A stretch of DNA of 64,000 nt, taken from the NCBI GenBank assembly GCA_963734345.1, contig CAVTGT010000011.1, positions 505,334 through 569,333 of the forward strand, written 5' to 3'. The DNA comes from an uncultured Nitrospiraceae bacterium. GTDB taxonomy: Bacteria > Nitrospirota > Nitrospiria > Nitrospirales > UBA8639. Each line of letters begins with the position of its first letter. Within the stretch, counting starts at the first letter, position 1. The notes beneath the pieces were generated by a model. It saw only the letters and a program-made list of their open reading frames with translations. It had not been told where the DNA came from and searched no databases. Below are positions 18,126 through 27,440 of this stretch, piece after piece. A program made the position numbers and the translations under genes.

Positions 18126-19154
18126 ATGTGGAGAAGGAAGAAGATTGTCCTTGGACTCTGCTTTTTGAGTCTCCTCCTGGCGGGTTGTCAGGGAACGCCT
18201 CATTTGGTGAAGCGCAGTCAGATGCTCATGGGGACCGTGGTATTTGTGACGGCGGTTGGAGCAGATGAATCGACTGCGCAGCAGGCTGCCAAGGCTGGTC
18301 TTGATGAAATCCGGCGGTTGGAAGAACTGCTCAGTACCTGGATTCCAACCAGTGAATTATCGAAGGTCAATGCTGCAGCGGGACGGGAATCGATCCGGGT
18401 CAGTCAAGAAACGTTTGAAGTGTTGGAGCGTTCACTGGACATGGCCAAACTTACAAACGGAGGGTTTAATATCGCTGTTGGTCCAGCGGTGAAGGCATGG
18501 GATGCGAGTGAGGAAGGACATGTTCCACCACAGGATGATCTGGACAGGCTTCGCCCTCAGATCGACTTATCCCAAATTCTACTTGATGATAAAAACCGAA
18601 CCGTTTGGTTGAGACTGGCGGGTATGCAAATTGATGTGGGAGGGATCGGGAAAGGATATGCGGCTGACCTGGCTGGCAGGGTGATGCAGGCTTCAGGAGC
18701 GACAGCAGGCGTGCTTGCACTGTCCGGAGATATTAAAACGTTCGGACGCATGCCGGATCATCAGCGGTTTGTCTTTGGCATCCAGCATCCTCGTAAAGAA
18801 CAGGGCGAAATCTTAGGGCGTATCGAACTGGAAAATGAAGCGGTATCCACTGCGGGGGACTATCAACGCTATTTCATGAAGGATGGAGTTCGGTATCACC
18901 ATATCTTGGATCCGGCCACCCTTCTGCCGGCTCGAGGATGTCAAAGCGTCACGGTCATTGCCAAAGACGGTATCATGGCCGATGGGCTGGATACCGGTAT
19001 TTTTGTGATGGGGCCGGATAAAGGCATGGCGCTCATCGAGTCGTTGCCGGACGTGGAAGGAATTATTGTCGATCAAGACGGAAAGGTTTTTGTGTCAACG
19101 GGTCTTAAGGGCCGATTGAGACTCGAGGAGCCATATCCCGGTTCCCTCGAATAA
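18126..19154 (+). CDS. apbE: FAD:protein FMN transferase (ApbE family lipoprotein)
   Basis: Lipobox LLAGC. ApbE-like segments (..LMGTVV.., DVGGIGKGYAAD, YHHILDP). Confidence 0.85.
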   Translation: MWRRKKIVLGLCFLSLLLAGCQGTPHLVKRSQMLMGTVVFVTAVGADESTAQQAAKAGLDEIRRLEELLSTWIPTSELSKVNAAAGRESIRVSQETFEVLERSLDMAKLTNGGFNIAVGPAVKAWDASEEGHVPPQDDLDRLRPQIDLSQILLDDKNRTVWLRLAGMQIDVGGIGKGYAADLAGRVMQASGATAGVLALSGDIKTFGRMPDHQRFVFGIQHPRKEQGEILGRIELENEAVSTAGDYQRYFMKDGVRYHHILDPATLLPARGCQSVTVIAKDGIMADGLDTGIFVMGPDKGMALIESLPDVEGIIVDQDGKVFVSTGLKGRLRLEEPYPGSLE

Positions 19155-19187
19155 CTCGAAAGGGGGGACTGTTCCCTCCCTTTCGAG
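19155..19187. terminator. hairpin between convergent genes (likely bidirectional terminator)
   Basis: CTCGAAAGGGGGGA pairs with TCCCTCCCTTTCGAG, between the apbE stop and the 19214 stop. Confidence 0.55.
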
Positions 19188-19213
19188 TTGAGCATGGTCC
19201 AGGAAAATTGTGC

Positions 19214-19870
19214 TTAGCTTTGTTTGTCCTTGGAATGGGGGGAGGATCCGCCGGGATGGCCTTTCGGCATCCCGCCATCTTTATATGAGTCGAGACGATC
19301 ATGCACCGTTTTCATGCGGGCACGTTGCTCGTCCGTTAAGACGGATTTTGCATCCCTCCCGGCTTTGACTGAAGCCAGATAGAGACCGGCTCGAATTTCA
19401 TAAAGATGTTTCAGCTGGGATTCGACTGCGCCCAAATCGCCTTGGTCGTTCCGTAATAATTCATGCAAATCTAAACTGACCAGTTGCATGTCGGCTTTCA
19501 TTTTAATTTTGGTTTTTTCAAAATCGGTTTTAATCGTTTGAAGTTTGGCAACCTGGTCATCGGTAATGGCCATGCCTTCTTTGAATTTCAACATGTGTTC
19601 AATAAATTCTGACGCACTTTGATGCGGACCATGTCCTGATTGGTGGGGGCTTCCTCCTTTGCCATAGCCACCGGACATGCTCGTACCATGATGAATCTGG
19701 CCATGACCATACCCTCCGGCTCCATGCGGTGACATGCTCTGTCCTGACGCGTGGTGTGCATCATCATACCCCATGGCCATCGTCATGACGGGAAATCCCA
19801 GAATCAATGACAGGACCCCGGCCATGAGGGGAATCATCTGTTTGTGGTGAATGCGGTGTCTCAGTGCCAT
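19214..19870 (-). CDS. periplasmic Spy/CpxP/ZraP-family protein, His/Gly-rich
   Basis: Signal peptide, His/Gly-rich N-terminal region, LTxxQ motif (LTDEQRARM). Confidence 0.7.
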   Translation of the reverse strand: MALRHRIHHKQMIPLMAGVLSLILGFPVMTMAMGYDDAHHASGQSMSPHGAGGYGHGQIHHGTSMSGGYGKGGSPHQSGHGPHQSASEFIEHMLKFKEGMAITDDQVAKLQTIKTDFEKTKIKMKADMQLVSLDLHELLRNDQGDLGAVESQLKHLYEIRAGLYLASVKAGRDAKSVLTDEQRARMKTVHDRLDSYKDGGMPKGHPGGSSPHSKDKQS

Positions 19871-19920
19871 GTTGAAAGCCTCCTTTCAGTCTGCGAAAAA
19901 ATATGTGGTTGAGAAAAGAC

Positions 19921-19938
19921 GATAGGCAAATCATTATC
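19921..19938. promoter_or_regulatory. Fur-family box half-site upstream of the ZraP-like gene
   Basis: AAATCATTATC matches the 3' half of the GATAATGATAATCATTATC consensus. It lies 50-70 nt upstream of the start at 19870. Confidence 0.25.
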
Positions 19939-20189
19939 CGTCATTTCACAAGCTCTGTTCCTATTATACACAGGAATAGGGAGAATGCAGCACTGGATAT
20001 TCATGTCCGTCCCAAAAGTAGCTAAAAAATCCATTGGCCAAAAAATTGCCCTGGAGCGCGGTCTGAATAGGAAAATTCATTATCGGAGAAATGGTTTAGT
20101 TTCCCACGGATAGAACTGTGGGCCAAACAATTTCTCAGAAGGATGTGTTACTAAAAAAGGCTGTGGATAAAGGACAGGAGACTCTCATG

Positions 20190-20627
20190 TCACGAGGGTT
20201 TTTGGCAGTTCTCACAGAGGCCGTACAGTTCCAATTTGTGGGTTTGAATCGTAAAGCCGTTTGTTCTGGCCACCTCTTCTTGCAAATGTTCGATTTGGCA
20301 ATTTTGAAATTCGACAATTTTCCCGCAAGAGGTGCAGATGAGATGATCGTGATGTCCCTTGTGGGATACATTATCGAATTGTGTTTGTGAGCCAAAATGG
20401 CGTTCCTGGGCAAGGTCGGTTTCACAGAATAATTTGAGCGTGCGATAAATGGTGGCCAGCCCGATATGAGGGTCTTTCTTGGCGAGGATATGATATAACT
20501 GCTCGGCGGTGACATGCTCCATTTTCAGGAATGTCGTCAGAATCAACTCGCGTTGACGCGTCAGTTTGAGACTGTTTTTTGAGAGATGATGTTTAAGTGT
20601 TTCGAGTTCTTTGACGGGTTTGGGCAT
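20190..20627 (-). CDS. Fur-family metalloregulator (Fur/Zur/Nur type not resolved)
   Basis: Winged-helix N-terminus, HHDHLICTSCGKIVEF and C-terminal CENC metal sites. Confidence 0.85.
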   Translation of the reverse strand: MPKPVKELETLKHHLSKNSLKLTRQRELILTTFLKMEHVTAEQLYHILAKKDPHIGLATIYRTLKLFCETDLAQERHFGSQTQFDNVSHKGHHDHLICTSCGKIVEFQNCQIEHLQEEVARTNGFTIQTHKLELYGLCENCQKPS

Positions 20628-20737
20628 AGGGAAAAAACTTTCAATTCGGAAAAGAAGATATTAAACCCCAACCCGCCAATTTGGTCAAGAATTATTTTGT
20701 CTGTCTCCTCGTGAAAGAGGGAAGATAGGGAGAACGT

Positions 20738-21298
20738 ATGAGAAAACCCTCAGAAGTGACCGGTGACCGAGCTTTATTGATCTATGTCTTGCATTTAACC
20801 GAATCTATGGGGCTGATGAGTGACGTCAAGCTGCAGCAATTACTCTTCCTCTGTGAATTGCAAATGTTGGGGAAAGGGTTGAAGGGCTTGCATTTTGAAT
20901 TCGTGCGATTTCCCTATGGGGCCTTTAGTAAGGATGTGGATAATGATTTATTGTTTTTGCGTCGGAAGGAACGGCTGGAGAATTTTGATGTCACAGAACC
21001 GGCACAGCGAGTCGTGACATTAGTTGAACAGATGATGAAGGATCTCGAAGCGAATCAACAGGTTATGGAAATTATTAGTACGGTGGTGGAAAAATATGGA
21101 CCTATGGACACCAGCGCCATCATGAGTGCCGTGGAGGCGGTGGAGTTAGGTCCCGCGGACAACCCTGAGCAAAAACTCGCCATCCGGGACATATCCTTTC
21201 ATACCATCATGCTCGTACCATCGAGGATTGAAACGACCGAAACCATGACTCTTTCGCCTGAACAGGTGAAGAATTTGAATACGGCAATGGGATATTAA
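20738..21298 (+). CDS. hypothetical protein, possibly Panacea/SocA-like (DUF4065-like)
   Basis: VKLQQLLFLCE..FVRFPYGAFSKDV resembles the KLQKLLYF..W.YGPV pattern. The match is weak. Confidence 0.4.
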   Translation: MRKPSEVTGDRALLIYVLHLTESMGLMSDVKLQQLLFLCELQMLGKGLKGLHFEFVRFPYGAFSKDVDNDLLFLRRKERLENFDVTEPAQRVVTLVEQMMKDLEANQQVMEIISTVVEKYGPMDTSAIMSAVEAVELGPADNPEQKLAIRDISFHTIMLVPSRIETTETMTLSPEQVKNLNTAMGY

Positions 21299-21379
21299 GA
21301 AAAACGCAGGACAACCCAACATGTGGTTTGTTCATATCGAATTATGCGGTCCTGAGCTCAGGAAAGAAAACGCACGCAT

Positions 21380-21411
21380 GACGGAGGCCGGGTTTTCGCC
21401 CAACCTCCGTC
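21380..21411. terminator. hairpin between convergent genes
   Basis: GACGGAGG (21380-21387) pairs with CCTCCGTC (21404-21411). Confidence 0.4.
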
Positions 21412-21435
21412 TTGATACTCCAAAAATACTTGAAG

Positions 21436-21762
21436 TTATTTTTTAGGTGATGTTTCCCCGGTGGATGGGGTTGCAGCAACGATAAAAGTTTCCCGCAGAG
21501 CCTCCAACCGGACTTTCCCCACGCCTTTCACTTTGCCAAGATCATCAAGAGTTTTAAAGGCCCCATGGTCTTTCTTGTAGGTGAGAATGTTTTGGGCGAT
21601 GTCATGTCCGACGCCTTTGACCGCTTCAAGTTGTTCAAGACTGGCTGCATTAATGTCGATTTTGCCTGCGGAGGCTTCGGCCCAGGTCATGGGAAACAAT
21701 AATCCAACTGAGAGGACAAGGGCCAACACGAAGACGGAAACCTGTTTTGTGTTAATGTTCAC
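21436..21762 (-). CDS. comEA: ComEA-type helix-hairpin-helix DNA-binding protein
   Basis: Signal peptide, then tandem HhH motifs (INAASLEQLEAVKGVGHDIAQNIL.., LGKVKGVGKVRLEAL). GTG start at 21762 with AAGGAG upstream. Confidence 0.8.
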   Translation of the reverse strand: MNINTKQVSVFVLALVLSVGLLFPMTWAEASAGKIDINAASLEQLEAVKGVGHDIAQNILTYKKDHGAFKTLDDLGKVKGVGKVRLEALRETFIVAATPSTGETSPKK

Positions 21763-21932
21763 GAAAAACACTCCTTTGGAAAGGGTTGATACGGGTCGTT
21801 GCGTGTTTTCTCCCCAATGAGGAAGAGGCAACGAATGAATTGGTGAGGCCAGAGTAGGGACGTGCGCAAATCAGCGGCAACCTGTCGAAAAGGTTGTCTC
21901 GCAAATTGAAAACGCCGATGAAATCTGATGAT

Positions 21933-23495
21933 TTACGAAGCGTTTGAGGGAGAGGATGTTGTCGGAAATTGATACAAGGCGCCGAATTTTTGTTCAAGGT
22001 CCTGGATGAAAGGTTCAGGGGTCAGAGATTGGCCGGTTACGCGTTGTAGTAATTCAGCGGAGGTATACTGCCGTCCCCAACGATGGACCCGGTCATTCAA
22101 CCAGCCTTTCAAGGGAATCAGGTCTCCTTGACTGATGGATTGGTCGAGGCCCGGGAGATCCTTCTGTGCCTGACGGAATAACATCGCCGCATACAAATTC
22201 CCGAGCGTGTACGTGGGGAAATAGCCGAACGCGCCAAAAGACCAATGGACGTCCTGCAACACGCCTTCTGCGTCTGAGGGAGGAACGATTCCCAGGTATT
22301 CCTGAACTTTGGCATTCCAAACCTCCGGGAGATCTTCAACCTCCAGGCGTCCTTCAATCAGATCCAACTCAATTTCAAATCGCACCATGATGTGCAGATT
22401 GTACGTCAGTTCATCGGCCTCCACCCGGATGAGCGAAGGGGTCACACGGTTAATGGCGAGGTAAAACTCTTCTGCAGGCACCTCGCCAAGTTGTGCAGGA
22501 AACACCTCCTGTAGTTTCGGATAAAAATATCCCCAAAACGCGCGGGACCGGCCCACACAATTTTCCCACAAACGGGACTGGCTTTCATGAATGCCCAAAG
22601 AAAGGGCTTCGCCTAATGGCGTCCCGTAATGTTTCGCGGGCAACCCTTGTTCATACAGGCCATGGCCTCCTTCATGGATGCAACTAAAGAGACAGGAGGG
22701 GAGATCGGTTTCGAACACGCGCGAGGTCACCCGGACATCGGTGGGGTGGAATGACGTGGTGAACGGATGCGCGGACAGATCCAGTCGCCCGCGTTGAAAA
22801 TCGTATCCCATGTGCTTGAGCACGAGTCGCCCGAAGTCCACTTGTCGAGTCTTGTCATACGATTGTGTCAGGAGATGGGCTTTGGGTTGGACAGGGGACT
22901 CTCGTATACGGTCCAGCAGACGGATCAATGCGGTCCGCAACGTGGCGAAGAGCGGTCGCAATTGGGCCACCGTCGATCCCGGTTCATAGGTATCCAGTAA
23001 CGCGTTGTAGGGAGAATCTTTGTAACCCAAATATTCCGCCTCTTGCCGTTTGAGTTTCACCAGACGTTGCAGATTGGGCAGAAACAGTTGGAAATCATTG
23101 GTCTTCCTGGCTTCTGCCCACACTTGTTGGGCCAGGGAACATTCCCGCTCCAGTTGATTCACGAACGCCGAGGGCAATTTTTTCGCATGGGAAAAATCAC
23201 GCCAGGTCTCGCGAAGGAGGGCCTGGGAAGACTCGTCCAATGTCGACGTGTGATCCGGATGAAGGGTGCCGGTGGTCACATCTAAAAAAAAGGCCAGCAG
23301 AGATTCAGTTTCGGTGGAGACAAATTGATCATGCGCCAGCGTTTGCAGGGTGGCCAGTTGTTCGGCGCGAATCGCCCCGCCCCCTGGAGGCATGTACGTT
23401 TCTTGATCCCAGGAGAGCACAGCTGCGGCATCCCGCAGATGATGGATTTGTCCTAAAGTCTTTTTCAACAGATCAAGAGAAGCCACAGTGGACAT
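21933..23495 (-). CDS. carboxypeptidase Taq-type metallopeptidase (M32)
   Basis: HEGGH zinc motif plus HPF and HESQS elements. About 500 aa. Confidence 0.85.
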   Translation of the reverse strand: MSTVASLDLLKKTLGQIHHLRDAAAVLSWDQETYMPPGGGAIRAEQLATLQTLAHDQFVSTETESLLAFFLDVTTGTLHPDHTSTLDESSQALLRETWRDFSHAKKLPSAFVNQLERECSLAQQVWAEARKTNDFQLFLPNLQRLVKLKRQEAEYLGYKDSPYNALLDTYEPGSTVAQLRPLFATLRTALIRLLDRIRESPVQPKAHLLTQSYDKTRQVDFGRLVLKHMGYDFQRGRLDLSAHPFTTSFHPTDVRVTSRVFETDLPSCLFSCIHEGGHGLYEQGLPAKHYGTPLGEALSLGIHESQSRLWENCVGRSRAFWGYFYPKLQEVFPAQLGEVPAEEFYLAINRVTPSLIRVEADELTYNLHIMVRFEIELDLIEGRLEVEDLPEVWNAKVQEYLGIVPPSDAEGVLQDVHWSFGAFGYFPTYTLGNLYAAMLFRQAQKDLPGLDQSISQGDLIPLKGWLNDRVHRWGRQYTSAELLQRVTGQSLTPEPFIQDLEQKFGALYQFPTTSSPSNAS

Positions 23496-23785
23496 GAGCG
23501 GAAACCTCTAACGAGATGGTAAATAGTGAAGAGAAGAAGCGGCCTCACTGTAAGACAGCCATAAAGATTTTGGCAAGGCAGAATCGCGTGTATCATTTCG
23601 CAGGAATGCCCGGATGTCAAAATGTCTGAAGAAGTGAGTAAGAAAAAGGAATCCTTAGTTAACACTCTGAGAGTAGACCATCAGGAAATATGCCGTAGAT
23701 GCTTGCAGGCGAAGGATGAGGAGAGGGACAATAGCGGTCAATAAAAAGATGGTTGGGCGATGATGAACATTCAAGGGGGTTCACG

Positions 23786-24472
23786 ATGAAATCGTTGGTG
23801 CCACCTGAGATTGAAGCCTATGCCGAAGCGCATTCCTTACCGGAATCCGCTGTCTGTCGGCGATTGCGGGAGGAGACCTATCGCAAGATGGATTGTCCTC
23901 AGATGGTTGTCGGTTCCCTGGAAGGGGCCTTCTTAAAGGTTATGGCATTGAGTATAGGAGCCAGGCGGGTCCTGGAAATCGGAACCTTCACCGGCTACAG
24001 CGCCTTATGTTTCGCCGAAAGTCTACCTGACGACGGGCAAGTGATCACGTGTGATATTGATCCTGAATCGACTGATATGGCCAAGCGGTATTGGGCGCAG
24101 AGCCCGCATGGCACAAAGATCGATCTCCGTCTTGCTCCCGCCTTGGAAACTCTTGCGAAGTTGACGGGACTGTTTGACCTCATCTTCATCGATGCGGACA
24201 AGGCCAACTATGTGAACTATTTTCATCGGTCGTTGGAACTCATTGCCGACCGGGGCGTCATACTCATTGATAATGTCCTCTGGAATGGCGATGTGCTCAA
24301 GAGTCCCGCTCCGGATACCAATACCGCCGCCATTCAAGAATTGAATCGGGTGGTGCATGCCGAGCCGAGGGTTTCGGCAGTGCTGTTGACCATTCGCGAC
24401 GGGATCTTATTAATCAAGCCACAATCTTTCTCGGCAGCTAACCGTCAAGCGCAACAGCAGGTCCAACAATAA
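23786..24472 (+). CDS. class I SAM-dependent O-methyltransferase (caffeoyl-CoA OMT-like)
   Basis: VLEIGTFTGYSAL, DLIFIDADK, LIDNVLWNG. The ATG at 23786 has AAGGGGG upstream. Confidence 0.8.
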   Translation: MKSLVPPEIEAYAEAHSLPESAVCRRLREETYRKMDCPQMVVGSLEGAFLKVMALSIGARRVLEIGTFTGYSALCFAESLPDDGQVITCDIDPESTDMAKRYWAQSPHGTKIDLRLAPALETLAKLTGLFDLIFIDADKANYVNYFHRSLELIADRGVILIDNVLWNGDVLKSPAPDTNTAAIQELNRVVHAEPRVSAVLLTIRDGILLIKPQSFSAANRQAQQQVQQ

Positions 24473-24720
24473 AAGAAATCTCAGAGGTGCTTGTCGCTCT
24501 GACATGTTTCCCAAACTCGCCATGGCCAATCTGATGGTGATTGATGTTACCTTCGATAATCCCAACGTCCGGTACGAATGGGGTGGGGGCTATGTCTTTG
24601 GGGCTGGTGGTGTGGACCTGATTCGTGACGGTCTTGGAGGAACTCCTCTGATCTCTCTACATCAAGAACAGCGAATCCGACCCAGCAGCAATCAAACAGG
24701 ACAAGATAAATCAGGCAGAC

Positions 24721-25342
24721 ATGGGTAAAGCGAACCTCGACCCTGCAAGACACCAGATTGAGAAGTCTGAAGCCCGGTGGCAACCCCGGCAGGTGTTGCT
24801 CTTTAGCGGTCACATGATCGACGCGCCGGATAGAAGGACTCCGCGCTTTCCTGCGGTCAAAGAATCCATCGCCGCACAAAAAATCTCCGAAGCATTGGAT
24901 ACAATTGGGCGCGGGTCCCGAAGACCTTGCACTCACGCAAGGCGCCTGTGGAGGTGACCTCCTGTTTACAGAGGCCTGTCAGCAACGCAACGTGACTATG
25001 CAGTGGATGCAGCCGTTCCATGAGCCGGAGTTTATTCAAAAGTCCGTCATCTGTAGGGGCGAAGCCTGGCGCAATCGGTATTTGGCTGCCAAAGCCAAGC
25101 TCACGACCGCAATCCGTTCCGCGCCGGAGCAACTTGGCTCACTTCCCGAAGGGATAGATCCCTATGAACGGTGCAATCTATGGTTGCTTCACACCGCATT
25201 GGCGTATGGTGTGGAGAAGGTGCACTTCATTTGTTTGTGGGATGGAGGCGGAGGTGACGGCCCTGGCGGCACGGCGCACATGTATGAGGAAGTAAAAGGC
25301 AGATCAGGAAACGTCACGTGGATCGACACTCGGACTCTTTAA
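24721..25342 (+). pseudogene. SLOG/LOG-like Rossmann protein, frameshifted near 24900-24912
   Basis: Two overlapping ORFs (24721-24957, 24905-25342) join into one protein of about 205 aa. Motifs are LLFSGHMIDAPDR, TQGACGGDLLF and GDGPGGTAHMYEE (GGxGT..E-like). Confidence 0.5.
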
Positions 25343-25425
25343 CCGACGTTCCTCATGTCATCTCAGCGGAAAGCTGTGAGGCTGAAAAAACTCTTGCTTA
25401 ACTGTACGAATACTCCGGAGGCGCC

Positions 25426-26567
25426 ATGCATGAGAAATTGCTAGCCCGAATGCAATCTCCCGGCCCGAAGAAAATCCTGGCTCTCGACGGTGGTGGGATC
25501 CGGGGGATGATCACTATAGAGGTATTGGCTGAAATTGAAGAGCCTCCTGCGCCGGAAGCTTGACCGTGCGTGACGATTTCCGGTTGGCTGACTACTTTGA
25601 TTTCGTCGCCGGCACCAGTACGGGTGCCATCATCGCGGCCTGTATCTCGGTCGGCATGACGGTGTCCGAGATCCGCGACTTCTACCTCAGCAGTGGCAAA
25701 GAGATGTTTGATAAGGCGTCCTTGCTCAGACGTTTTCGCCATACCTATGAGGATGAAAAACTTGCGTTGAAGTTGCAAACAGTGTTTGGAAAAGACGCCA
25801 CGTTGGGAAGCGACAAGCTCAAAACGGTATTGATGATGGTCATGCGGAATGCCACGACCGACTCGCCATGGCCGGTTTCGAATAACCCCTTGGCAAAATA
25901 CAACCAGCGATTTCGTGACGACGGCTGCGCGCGCGACAACTGCAATCTCGATATTCCGCTGTGGCAACTGATCCGGGCGAGCACGGCGGCCCCGGTCTAT
26001 TTTCCACCGGAAGTCGTGAAGGTCGGCACCCGGGAATTCGTCTTTGTTGACGGCGGAATTACTATGTATAACAACCCGGCCTTCCAGGCGTTTCTAATGG
26101 CCACGCTCAACCCCTATAAAATGGAGTGGGCGGTCGGGGAAGACAAGATGCTGGTGGTGTCGATCGGGACCGGAACCAGTCCGCAGGCGAATGCCGATCT
26201 GGATCCCAATGAAATGAATCTGATGTACAACGCGTCTTCCATTCCTTCAGCCCTGATGAGTGCGGCGCTCAACGAGCAGGATTTGCTCTGTCGGGTGTTC
26301 GGCCAGTGTCTTGCCGGTGAAAAACTGGATAGCGAAATCGGAGACTTAAAGGCAGTGAAGGGACCGGTTGGTCCCGACAAATTGTTCACCTATCTCAGAT
26401 ATAACGCAGAACTGACTCTCGAGGGATTAAAGAATTTAGGACTTCCGGGGATCAAGCCGGAACATGTGCAACAACTTGATTCGGTGAAGCACATTACCGA
26501 GTTACAGCAGGTAGGACAGGCAGTCGCCAAGAGCGTGAAGCCTGAACACTTCGCGCGATTTGTGTAA
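25426..26567 (+). pseudogene. patatin-like phospholipase, one or two frameshifts at 25540-25565
   Basis: The N-terminal frame (25426-25563) gives KILALDGGGIRGMITIEVLAEIEE. The rest (from 25560) carries GTSTG and FVDGGITMYNNP. A third frame reads SLLRRKLDRA between them. Confidence 0.8.
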
Positions 26568-26637
26568 TCCTACAATAGACTCTGGCCTCGCGTTGAAAAA
26601 TTGTGCAACGGTCGACCCGCCCTGACAGGATCGGGAG

Positions 26638-27440
26638 CTAGCGCGCCTGTCGGATCGTCTTGTCTCCTGCCGCCGGCTTGGCAAACTCGAACTTCAATTC
26701 ATTGACTCGTGCCAGATAGGTTCTTACGTCGTGGTCGCCGCAGCGTTGGTGGCGGGTCAGCCGGAATTTGCGTGCGGCATAGGCGCGGCCGGCTCCGGCT
26801 CCACAGAGATGAATCACGGCGGCCAGATTTTGCTTTCGCCGGAGCGGCACCTTGCCCATTCGTTGCGGTCCTATGATCTGCATAACTTGCCGATCGAGCA
26901 GCGCTGCCGTCAACTCGATGGCATGGCTCGGCAGGATGCGGGTATAGAGACTGTTGAACCAGCAGGATTGCAGGTCGTGCCACGGGCCGTCCTCGACTAC
27001 GACGTGGTCGTGGATGCAATAGCGGGTCGCCTCATCTGAAGGTCCCGTCGGTGATCTGGTACATGCCAACCGCCGTCGACGCCGGTTGATACAGTCCCAA
27101 GGGATTCCAACGTCAGCTCCCATCGCCAGTAGGTCCGTGCCACAGGATTGCCTCCGCCCTCGACCTGCGCCAGCGCGGCAAGAAACTCAGGTGTGATGAC
27201 CGCGGTCGCATGCTCGCGAAAAAGCGATTCATATTCCCTCCACGTTTCGACAGGGCTCTTGTTGAGTGAGCGGTCCAAGGGAAAGAGGATCTCGGTTGGC
27301 TTATGGAATGTATGAAAGGCCCAATTGACGCCAAGCCACAGGAGAAGGAAGAGGGCAGAGAGCACGGCACCACGAACGATCGGCGGTAAGGCCAGCACCG
27401 CTCTCATGACCGCACGGAGCACACGCCAACCTTCGCGCAC
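26638..27440 (-). pseudogene. membrane-anchored lytic transglycosylase (SLT domain), two frameshifts
   Basis: LAQVEGGGNPVARTYWRW is in one frame, RWNPLGLYQPASTAVGMYQITDGTF in a second, and DEATRYCIHDH.. in a third. The shifts lie near 27105-27120 and 27030-27042. Confidence 0.7.

Noticed and set aside
24504-24728. 74-aa ORF between the O-methyltransferase and the SLOG-like gene
   Set aside because: It has a Gly-rich low-complexity translation and no RBS. It is probably a non-coding island border.
25398-25967. 189-aa ORF antisense to the patatin gene
   Set aside because: It lies opposite a gene with unambiguous catalytic motifs, and such shadow ORFs are typical of GC-rich DNA.
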